This document shows, piece by piece, positions 51,003 through 62,384 of a stretch of DNA of 64,000 nucleotides. The position numbers were made by a program, and so were the translations under genes. Under the pieces are notes generated by a model. The model saw only the letters and a program-made list of their open reading frames with translations. It was not told the origin of the DNA and made no database searches. The stretch covers positions 62,001 through 126,000 of the forward strand of contig JYFJ02000277.1 in the NCBI GenBank assembly GCA_000934665.2, in the 5' to 3' direction. The stretch's first letter is position 1. Each line of letters opens with the position of its first letter. The stretch comes from Catajapyx aquilonaris (Eukaryota).

Positions 51003-51040
51003 ATTTCCCAGCCCTATGTACGCTTGTAGTCGATTAATAA
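50494..51040. repeat. Compound satellite: ~31-bp unit alternating with (AAT)n tracts, 7 copies
   Basis: TTTCCCAGCCCTACGTACACTTGTAGTCGAT near 50566 (degenerate), 50645, 50704, 50759, 50841, 50911 and 51004, preceded by (AAC)n. Confidence 0.95.
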
Positions 51041-51117
51041 TGCGGTTTTATTAATTTTTTGATATGTCCGTTCTGTTTGTTACTTTGCATAAATTTCTTT
51101 ACAACCATTGCAGGAGC

Positions 51118-52887
51118 ATGTCGAAAGTGAAGGTGAAGTGTGAGGCGGGTGAAGATGAGAGTGTCACTATCGAAGAAGACTGGAAGCTTAACATAATGAA
51201 GGAATCCCCATCGTTGCTGATGGTCAAGCAAGAAGCGGAGATGAATTCGACAGAGCCGGTAGACGACGAGGAAATGGTGCTGCTGCCTAACTTGTCTGGA
51301 GAAACCCCTGGCGCATCGGCAGATGAGGTCAGCAGGCCAGTCGATCCTGTTGAGAATCAGGTTAGTATCATTTTCTCGCTTGTTTTTTTTTTGTTTTTTT
51401 GCAATTGCGTTGGCACAAGCAAGAGGTAGGAACAGGCTAACAAAACGCCTCTCACAGTAATAGGGAAGATAACTTCAATGAAGCGTCACAGTGCTTACAA
51501 CCTTGTATGATGATATTTCATACTGTATAATGACTTACTTTCCAGCTCCTCTCTTAGGTCGTATATAAAAATAAATATGTACATTACAATAAGGGTGTGT
51601 GTGCGTAGTGCCATGCTGGATGAATCTAACAGATGTCATCAGATCAATTTCGAAACAGGTGTAACATTTTGGTTGTGAAAGGTATATGCAAGTCTAAATT
51701 CAGCAGATACACAGAAACAAGGGATTATCTGCAGGCTCAGCTCCATATGCGTGAGGTCCATCATTCACCTTCCTCGCTGGTCACCGTCACGACACCCTCC
51801 CAACCAAGCAAGAGGTTCCGATCTGGCAACTGGGGAGAAGAGGAGAGGGAGGCCCTCCTCAGCTTAATCAAGGAGTGCATCAACCTAGTGGAAAACAAAG
51901 GATATGATGGAACTGCGATGAAGAGAAAGGCAAAAGCATGGCAAACTATTCATGAAAAGTTTTGCGCCCAGAACGGCACTTCCCGCACCCTTCCAATGCT
52001 CAAGCAACAATGGAAGAGAATGAAAATGTCCGCAAAAACATCAGTTGCATCGTTCCGAGGGAGCCAGAAGAACGCAGATGGGGGGAAGGCCGCAAAGGAG
52101 CCCTCCGCAATGGACTGGGCCATCTCACAGCTTCTGCCCCATGATTTTGAAAAGGATGGGCCGGAGTTAGATAACGATGTGGATGGCGAAGTGGACCATA
52201 CTCCAACCACCCCTGTTGAATCTGACAACAATGCCGATGTGTCAAGGTAAAATTACGAGTGCAATGGTTTGTATGGCCTGCGATAACTAAGTTTATTATA
52301 CTTGTTACAGTGCAAGGTGTTCTGTAGTGCTGGACAATCTTGACTCCAGCACTTCTGAAGGCCTTGAAAGCAACCAGACAGATCCACCAAGTCCAGAGTC
52401 ACCCAGCAATCACCTTGGAGAGTCAGCTGAATGTCTCTCTAGGCATAGTTTTAGTGAGCACAGTTGCGAGTGAGTTTGTCATTACTTATGTTCCCTTAGG
52501 CAATACGGATGGTATTTTGTGACTACCTGATGTTTAATTGCAATTCGCAGGCGAGCAAATTCAACTAAAGTGCAAACGGACAAGCCTTCAAGAAGCGGGA
52601 AAAAGAAGTGGCCAGCATCTTTTCCCCGATATGACCAAGAAGCTCTGGAACTATTGAAGATGAAGATGAACCTGGAGATGGAGGCCTTGAAAAAGGAGCA
52701 TTCCATACGGGTAGCTGTCGAAGAGGCCAGATTCGCCACGGAAAAAGCACGACGAGCTGCCGAGGAAGAAAAGTTTGAAGCGGAGAAGCAGCGGAGAGCT
52801 TATTACGCCATGAAAATTCGACTGTTGGAGCAAGAAGTGCGAGGAAAGAATAATGACTATCGAAGGGTTCAGGGAAATTCTTTTTAA
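51118..52887 (+). CDS. Myb/SANT-like DNA-binding domain protein (Harbinger-associated type) with a C-terminal coiled coil
   Basis: Exons 51118-51360, 51735-52246, 52311-~52420 and 52551-52887 join in phase. Domain RSGNWGEEEREALLSLIKE..VENKGYD..KRKAKAWQTIHEKF..RTLPMLKQQWKRMK. Confidence 0.88.
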
Positions 52888-54896
52888 TGTTGTACCTGAT
52901 CAGCTAAAGTTTTAAGCATAATTTTTTGCATTTGTTCCCTGCATCGCTATGAACATTGGTGCACTTCACTATGCATGATGCAGGAAGACTTCGGGAAACA
53001 TATGAGATTGTGACAATGGCCAATTTTTTCGCACTGGCCTGCATAAGTATTGAGAGATATGTAGACTTTAAATATTGTCTGTGATTAGACGATAATTTTT
53101 GTACTCTCAATTCGTGTCCTGACCAAATAACTACGTATTTATATTTTAAATTTGTACATTTTTATAGCTCCTTCTGTCTGACTCAGTCATTGTGATAAGA
53201 TGAAGCAGAGGAGCCACTGCCGTCGACCACTTTATACTCATGTGTTCCCATTTGTTGTGCAGCTCCTCAGCTTCAATTTTCTGTGACGTGTGATATTAGT
53301 GAAGCCATTGCATATGGAATACTTAGAATTGGTCGATATAATGATGGATACTTATTAGTCCCTCTTCCAGATGTAACTTATCGTGGATCGTTGATGTATC
53401 TGAAACATGTATTTTTCTGTGTATGCATGTTCATGGAAGACGAAATAGAGTGTTTTGTAGTATAATTTCACATTATTCTCTTGAAGTGATGCGGTTGTTT
53501 TTCATACTTTTCCTGCACACTTGTTAGTGCTTATTGACAGCATACCTTATTCTCTTTGCTATTGTTACTCACAATTAAACTATTGTGAATAACAAGAAAC
53601 ACAAGGAGAATTTGCATTTTTAAAACATATTGAGAGCAGTGAACCCAAGTTGCTACGAGCAACTGACAAAAAAATAGTCTCATGGCCTAATTTACGCTTC
53701 TTAAAAACTCACAAATATTTTTAGAGAAGCTCATGTCATCATACAAGGTTTTTTTTTAAAGGCACTGTGATATGAATATTTTTCAACTCCTTTCAGTAAA
53801 AGTGGGGCATCTTGAGTTTTTCCCATTATAAATAGCGCAATTAACACACCATTTTAATTAGGTCGCGCAACAAGAAACTCATCCGACACAGATCAATCGC
53901 AGATCCGCCATAGACCAAGTTGCTCGTCCCATTCAACGACGACGGTGCACTGTCCTGAAGTACAAGTCTCCCAGAAGGCGACGCTTGCTGTTGTTGGCTG
54001 CCGCTGCCTCACTCGCTGCCACAAACGTTATACTGGCAGAAAACAGCAGCAGTGACAATGACTTTTAATTAACTTTCTATCTGTTCAAATGCCTAATAAA
54101 GTGATGTTTTGCAGATCTGCGATACCTTTGTTTACACGTGAGCGATTAGATCGCGCCATATGTCATAACAACGCTGAGTAACCCATGTAACCAGTATAAT
54201 TGTTGGAGGCAAAAATGGATTGTTACTTTCACCTCAGACAATATTGGCTGCTTCGCTCGTCAAATCGCTCGCATGTAAGCCCACCTTAATTATTCTGGCA
54301 TCCCCATGCTCCGTTCATTTATACTTTTATGGAATGAATTTATTCTTTAATAGCGCAGGTGCTCAAAAATAATTGATAACTAGTTTGATGCCTTCCCGGT
54401 ATTGAACTTTAAAAAAAAATTAAATTCAACTTCATTACGTTACTTACCCTAACACTGATTACCACTAGGATAATTGCCCAGTTAATTTATTATTATTTTT
54501 TCCTGCCGTGTTTGAATGGGGGGTCATAAAGTACGCGACATTTTGAAATTTGAATTTTGCCATTGGCACCACTGCTGGTCACATGATTCAAATGGTCCAA
54601 TGAGAATCCGAATTTACTTGACAATTATTTTTTTGAAGTACAGAGCAGCAAACCTTGTTCCTGAATAATAATGACCAAGTAATTTTTAAAGTGGGCCGCC
54701 TTCAACTATGCCCAGCAATTCCTAAATATAATTGCAGCCAAGTTAAGCCTAGCTGCTACGAAATTTTAAAAGTTAAAGTACGTTATGTCAGTTATAACAG
54801 CTACTGTTATTACCTGCACACGCCAGACGCATTGTTGTGGTCCAACACTACTTATTCGTACAAAATAATCCGCGACGGACGTACAAATCATTCGAA

Positions 54897-56169
54897 ATGG
54901 CTCCACAGCAAAAGAAGTAAGTCATTTCCTCATGCAAATACGATGAAAGAATCCACAAGTAATTATCGAAAAACAATGCTTTCCAAAAAAGGTGTAATTA
55001 CAATTATATGATTAGGGTTACTTGAGTCTTTCCCATATGTGTCGTGATCGAAGAACAAACAAACAAACAAACAAACAATAGTACTGATGATGATGACAAT
55101 CACACGTTGATAAATTAGCCATCGTATTCTCATGAGTGCCATTTATTCAAAGACAAAAAGTACTGATGATCATAAAATACTTGTAATAAGGTATTAAAGT
55201 AGTATTAAAATACTGTACCGGTATATGCTCATCATATTTTGGTACAGTGTACTTTCCAAAAATAATGTACTTGACAAAAAGAGTACAATAAATTATAATT
55301 TTGGAGGCTGCATAAAATTAGTTGAAATGTCATGTTTTTATGTTCCGTGCTGGGCCACCTTTTTGGGGAATAAATTCTTAGTGAAAAAGCATATCATCAG
55401 CGTGGCACTGTAATAAAGCAGTTTGATCCATCATCTGTCGGCTATAATCAATGTCTAATATGAACTTTCTGTTGAAAATAGGAAGTGTACTGCCCGCTGG
55501 GTCGACCTGTGTAGGTTGCACTCCGCAAAGAGCAGGAACAAGACGGCAGGACGAGGCAAGTTGAAAATGGTCGTGAAAGAAAAATCTTCAGCTCGCAGCT
55601 CAACTGAGGTAGATATGCAGACTGATGATGACATCAACGAAGCTCGAGAAAGCAGCTCAACTGAGGTAGATGTGCAGACTGATGATGACATCAATGAATC
55701 TCGAGAAAGCTGCTCAACTGATGAGGTAGATGTGCAGACTGCTGATGACTTCAATGAAGCTCGAGAAAGCAGCTCAACTGAGGTAGATATGCCGACGACT
55801 GATGACAACAATGAAGCTCGAGAAAGCAGCTCAACTGACGAGGAATCAGCAGATACTTTGCCGGAAGACCCATACTTTTACTGCCCATCATGTGGCAAAA
55901 AATATGTCCACATAAAATGGCTGGATTTACACGTGAAGAAATGCAAGGTGGACGACAATGTTCCAAAGCATATATGTGGACACTGCGGAAAGGTGTACCG
56001 CAGGCTGCGATTCATAGAGCAACATGTCATGAGGATGCATGGTCCTTCCAGGGTACTTGAGTCGCATCGCATGAAGGTTGCAGCACAAGCGAATGGGCCA
56101 AGTAAGGCTGCTGATCATTTTGAACATGATCACGATTATTCTCGTAACTCAGGTGATGGAACATTTTAG
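54897..56169 (+). CDS. Two-finger C2H2 protein with an acidic 19-aa tandem repeat
   Basis: Exon 1 is 54897-54916 (MAPQQK, donor GTAAGT), spliced in phase to 55481-56169. Fingers FYCPSCGKKY..HVKKC and HICGHCGKVY..HVMRMH. 57-bp repeat at 55597-55838. Confidence 0.8.
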
Positions 56170-57567
56170 TGCCTTATCAAAGGCATATTGTCGATCATGC
56201 TAGTCTAACGCAATATGATGCTAAATCATGTATAATATTATGCAGAGCACTCTGAGGTTTGTCAGAGCATAATATTGTGATTATTTTTTAGATTATACGG
56301 CTATCATGGTGCTTCCACGCAAGTGATTCAAAACCAATGAAATCATGGTGCTAATTACCCCTGATTATCTATGCAGACATTAGCTTATAAGTGCAATTTT
56401 CCAGTCACGTGTAATTGGATTTGTGAGAAGTAGAATGTTAAGGTTGATGATACTTACCTGATTCATGCTACATTCTAGTCGCTTTCTTGAACTGATATTT
56501 ATACAGGAGAATTATTCCTGAAAGTACAATACCTTGCTATTTTAAAACTGCATGTAACAGTAATATCTCTGGAAACGTTTGATGCCTATGCAGGATTTCC
56601 TTGGTTCAATAATTTCCGTTGCGTACGTGTACTGGAAACGTATAGCTGGTCACTAGGAAAAATTGTTTTGTGAATCAGTCACTCATCATCAAGCTACACT
56701 GATCATGTTTGTACCTGAAAGATATTGAGTATTATTGAACTGCAGTTATGACTAACTTTGTGCAGTTTATAGTAGGCCTATCATTAAATATATTAATCAT
56801 GACTCTCGGTGATTCTTATATAGGGTTGTGTAATTAAGCTCAAAATAACGAGAAATAAGTTGTAATGATTTATCTCAAACCAAATTTTCAATCGTTATAA
56901 AATCATGTGATTTTAACAAACCTGATTGTACAACCGATACGCATTGTTGTAATCATGCAGCATGTGTGTTAAATTTTTTATTGCTCACAATAAATTGAAA
57001 TTGTTTACACAGTCTTACTATTTCCACGTCCTGAAATCATACTGCGTACCATAAGTTAAGTACCAGTAATGCAACGGTTTCAATCATCTGCGGTTTGAAA
57101 ATATTAAATGAATAGTACTGAGAATCGTAAGATCAAAAAAATACAGCATATATTTTTATTGCATTGTTATTGTGGTTATTGTTAATTGGGTGGATGGCTT
57201 AATTGAATATTATACAGTACCTTGTACAGTACATTAAGCTTATCATGTATGTATATGTTTCAAATAGTATATTACATAGTTCGGAACCAGTGCACACTGT
57301 ATCCACCATTTATTAACTAATTTAAGTAATTATTTATTTATCAAATGTACATTCAGAACAGTTTCGGAACAGCGACCCGAACGCTCCTTCCAAGATGGCC
57401 TCCTCTTGATTGTTATCAAGATTCTTTTCAATTGTTGTTCTGGAAGTTATTATTGTCTCTTTCTGCTGGAGCGTGCTGGAGTTTCAGGTGCCCAGCATCA
57501 AGTACCACCAGGCCAAACTGAGGCTCTGTGGGAATACACACGAGGTACGCAGGGCTCCAGCAGGAGG

Positions 57568-59372
57568 ATGGAGTGCGGCTGCGGAGAGATGCTGGCCAAG
57601 GTGCTGGAGGTGGTGCTGGAGAGCAGGAGGATGGCGCACAGGAGCCTCCAGCAGGGAGACAGGATTGAGAAGAGGCTGGCAGACATCGAGGAGTGGATCA
57701 GGGGGACTGCGGGAAGTAGAGGTGGCGCAGGAGGTAATTGGTCTTATTCATTTATTCAGGGCTGCCTGTCCCTCGTAAAATGCACCGGTTATCAATAATA
57801 ATAATCCAATTGGATGTGTATAATTTTATTGCAGATTTTGCTGAAGGGTGTGCCAGCGAAGTTGCGGCAGAAGGATTTGGTAGTGAGGACCTGCAGTCAT
57901 ATCCGAATCAGTTATTACATGCGGTGAAGGAGGAGGCGCCTGATGAATTGTACTCAGAAGATGGGGAAGACGTGGATGCCTCTCCTACAGAGTCGCAATG
58001 GGAAGCTCAGCCTGAACCGCAAGCTAATGGCACTCGTATGGACCATGTCAATGGCACCGAGGTGAAGGTTCTTTCCTGTCTGTTACTTTTAAGAAGAACC
58101 TTGGACGATAATAATTCCTATAAAATTGCTACATAGAAAATGAATCTGTGACTTTCCCATTACCAATACTGATGCATGCCATAAAAAAATTATTGTGCAA
58201 ATATGACATGTTGGTTAATAATGCCTGTGCAATATATTTGGCTAAACAACATTTCTTGCTGCATCATGCTCATCGTGTTAAATTCAGTGTTACTACTCTA
58301 CTTCAGACTAGTTGGAGGCTAAAAGGAGAAGTGGCTTTTCCGCATGCAGAAGAAAATGTCTCTTCTAACCAGAGTACTGGCACGATATCAAACATGAATC
58401 AACCTGTACATGAGCAGCAGCACTTTGAATGCAGCAATTCAAGGCCGGTGAGTAAATAACAGAACTTACCCGCAGAATATTAATAATTCAATGATTAAAA
58501 TATTGTTACTTTAGACTTTAGTCCCATTACTTCGTAGTCACGATTAGCTTTACCGTCATCCAATGGTTGAAGTATTTTTCCCGTTGTTGTGAAATATTTT
58601 TGTCGTAATACTTCCTTTTTATTTATTTAAAGGAATACCCAGTGAGCAGTGAAGGAATAGTTGAGAATTTGGAAACCTTCCACTCACCAGAACAATTGTT
58701 TACCTTAGTTCGTGCAGGTACTACTTGCGAAAGACTCGAAGTTTGTGACGAGGCTGCAACAAATCTGGTAATAGTTTCCTTAGTTATTCTAATGTGCAAT
58801 TAGGAAAAAAGTTCAATGGTAATTTATTTTTATTTCAGGAACTTCAAAGGCATTTTTCGGCATCATCGCTTGTGCAAAGTTGCAGTGGTACTGCGGGAAA
58901 TTTGAGTGATTTTATGGCTAGTTCGCATCCAAGGATTGTTAAATACAAGTGCAAGTTCTGCCCCGCCACGTACAGCCAGAAGTCATCGTGGACTTTGCAC
59001 ATGAACACTCACACGCAAGAAATTCCGTACTCTTGTGACATGTGCAATAAAAAATTCTCACTCAAGCGAGACCTGCTGTCCCACCAGAGAAGTCGTCATT
59101 CTGGGCAACAGTTATATTGTTGTGAGGTTTGTAATAAGAATTTTTGTACGAAGAACACTTTGGAAACACACATGACGTTGCATACCGGACAGAAGCCATA
59201 TACGTGCCATGTCTGCCAGCGGAAGTTTCGCATAAAGTCAAATCTAAATGTACATATGCGTCTCCACACGGGAGAGAAACCTTACGCATGTTCCATGTGC
59301 CACTCAAAGTTCGTTCAGTGCAGCCATTTGAAGAGCCATATGGTACGATGCCATCAAGGACTTGTAAGGTGA
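57568..59372 (+). CDS. C2H2 zinc-finger protein, tandem paralog A (5 fingers)
   Basis: Exons ~57568-57733, 57835-58060, 58307-58446, 58633-58767, 58839-59372. TGQKPY and TGEKPY linkers. The start codon is inferred from conservation with paralog B. Confidence 0.85.
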
Positions 59373-59893
59373 ACTGATTATGTCATACGTAGAGTTGCTT
59401 TGATTACGTACATTCAAGATGTGTGAATAATCAAACTTATCATTAAATTGAATTACTATTATGGCAAAAACCGTGGTTGTGAATGTGAATTTATTGGTAT
59501 AAATCATGTATTATGAAAAAATGCTATTTTCATAGCATGACGTCTGCATTTAAATATGTAAATCAAAGTTAAATAAATGTCAGGAGATTTTTAATTATGT
59601 GACATTTATGTTTGGGCTTGGGAATGACTGTTACATTTCAATGCAATTAAAGTGAAATAATAATTAACATTTTCAGCACATTGCCAATGTATGTTAAATA
59701 CAGTACTTTCGAGTCAGATACGGTACTGAACTGTTTTCAGAAGCCATCGACACGAACAGGCCCTTTTCGAAATCCAACATGGCTTCCTCCTCTTTCTTTT
59801 AATAGTTTAATCCTCAACAACAAACTTGCTGATGTCTGTCACACACTAAATAATCCCTTCTCAGATCTGGACCTGAAGAAGCAGGGGACTGAG

Positions 59894-60061
59894 ATGGAGT
59901 GCGGCTGCGGAGAGATGCTGGCCAAGATGCTGGAGGTGGTGCTGGAGAGCCGGAGGATGGCGCACAGGAGCCTCCAGCAGGGAGACAGGATTGAGAAGAG
60001 GCTTGCAGACATTGAGGAGTGGATCAGGGGGACTGCGGCAAGCAGGAGCCCAGGAGGTCTG

Positions 60062-60104
<43 letters not shown>

Positions 60105-61774
60105 TTGCGTATCAGTTATTTTTTCCCGCAGTGGTTACCGTCCCACAAAATTTTTCACATGGCAATTATTACCCCCATTTCAGATTTTTCAGAGGAATGT
60201 GCCAGTCCACCGTCGCGTAGATTTCAAGGTTCAGAAGAGCGTCATTCGCAAGCTCCAGTATTGTGCGTGGTGAAGGAGGAGGTGCTGGATAATTCCTACT
60301 CGGAAGATGGAGCGGACGCGGCAAATGAGCTGGAAACTAATCAGGCGGAGTCCTCGTCGTGGCAGTTCCAAACCGAACCGCCGGGTAGTGTTCGGGAGAT
60401 GGAAAGGAACACTGAGGCTGCTAACAGTATGGTAGGAGTGATCGTGTAGTCTTCATAATATTGGGAAATCGGATTTATATTAATCAAAGGAGTGTGACGC
60501 ATAATTTCTACTAAAATTACTGGCTTTAATTTTCTAATAATGTTTCACAGTATTGATTCGGTACGAAAAAAAAAAATTGCTAAATGATGTGTGTAAGAAA
60601 TTTCTCAGCACATGAATGCTCACTTTGAAACATGCAACGCGACCAGCCCAATATTAATACTTGTGCACGTATTTTCTTGATGCAGAAAAATTGGAGGTTA
60701 AAATTTGAAGACGTGCCACCTGAAGCCAGCATGATTGCTGCTAGTATGGACCAGAACTTTATGTCAGCGAATGGGATGAATCAACCCTTTTCAACCATGC
60801 AACATTTCCAGCATAATGGATCAAGCCATGTAATATAATTGATATTATGACTTATTATATTTCTTGTGCAAGTACTTTTGTAGAACTTGAAAATAATAGG
60901 CGATCAATAATTTATTTCGAAACTTTTGGCATAGGGCTTGCCGATGAGGAGTAACGAAGGAGGGCCTGCGGATTTCATGGAAACCTTCCCATCACAAGAG
61001 GACTTTCAGACTTTGGTGGACACAAGTGTTGCAAGTAGAGAACCGTCAGTGTGTGACCAAACTGTTGAAGGCATGGTAAGAAATTGGTGACAATGTCCTG
61101 CCATAGAAATCAAGCCGCATATTAGTAATTTAACAATTTAACGATGTACATAAGAATGGGCAATTTGTGCCATTTGAATTAAATGGCACATGTGTAGCCT
61201 ATTCAACGTGACAAAATATATGTATTGCCTACTGTTTTTTCAGGGGACTCAAAGACAATGTAACATTCCGACAATTGTGGGAAACAGCAGTGGAAATGCG
61301 AACAGTATGAGCCACTTACCCATCCAGAAGTCGAAGCCGAAGAATGTCAGGTTCAAATGCAAATATTGCCTTTGCACTTATCACCAAAAAGCATCGTGGG
61401 TCCTACATATGAGGAGTCACAGTCAAGAAAAATCGTACGCTTGTGACATCTGCAACAGGACATTTACGACAAGGAGTGAAATGTGCTCTCATCAGAAGAC
61501 CCATTTCGAAGAGCAACCAAACTCTTGTAAAATTTGCAGGAAAAGTTTCAGTTCAAGAGCCGTTTTGGATATTCACATGAGGATTCACACTGGACAGAAG
61601 CCATTTACATGCTACGTGTGCCAACGTCACTTTCGTGTCAAGTCAAACCTGAATGTGCATTTAAGGATTCACACCGGGGAAAAACCTTACGTTTGTTCCA
61701 TATGCAATGCGAATTTTAATCAGAGTAGTCATCTAAAGAGGCATTTTAAGCTACATGCAACTGGTAATAGATAA
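59894..61774 (+). CDS. C2H2 zinc-finger protein, tandem paralog B (5 fingers)
   Basis: Same five-exon layout: ~59894-60057, 60184-60431, 60686-60829, 60935-61075, 61245-61774. TGQKPF and TGEKPY linkers. Confidence 0.85.
60064..60103. repeat. (AAT)n microsatellite in an intron
   Basis: Uninterrupted AAT run. Confidence 0.95.
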
Positions 61775-62384
61775 GTGTTTGTTATTTATTATAATGTACA
61801 ATATGTGTACCTATTGTCAACGTGAAGAAAACTTGTTCACTGTGAGGCGTAAATGTAATAAACAGCATTTATTGCATGAATGTGCATCATTTTGTAGGAG
61901 GGATGTTCTATCTAATTTTTTTCACGTCTTGTGGAAGCCGTTCCCAAGGCACATTCCTCTGCTATCCATTTAATTTATAATTACGTATGACGTTATTGAT
62001 CGTATCCCATTATATCACTTCAGTTTGTAATTTCACTGCAATTTATTTTGTTGTGTTGTATATGCCATCAAAAAACATGTACCATTATGCTCCAAACCAC
62101 CAAAGTTCATTTGTGAGCCTATATTAATTACTAATTATTATCACCCATGTATAAGTACAGCCGAGAATCAGCGCCTCAGTTGGAAAGGGGCAAGACTACC
62201 CGTTTCTTTTTCTCATCTAGAGATGGCATCGGAGGAGCGCCTATAATGTAAGTGGATTACAAAAGGTCGTGACACTTCGTCACTTTGGCTGAGGAAGGAC
62301 TCTCGTCCCTTTCCCCATCAAGACACTGGAGTAGCAGCATCTCAAGTCGTCCATCTCCGCCTAAAAATCCACCCCCCGAAAAAA

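Noticed and set aside
50566..51040. CRISPR-like layout of constant ~31-nt repeats with variable spacers
   Set aside because: The spacers are only (AAT)n, the context is eukaryotic and there are no cas genes. It is a satellite.
62223..62246. Short uORF (MASEERL) in a probable 5' leader exon of the plus-strand FAH
   Set aside because: The ATG lies within a YY1-like AGATGGC promoter motif and the transcription start is unknown, so no function can be argued.
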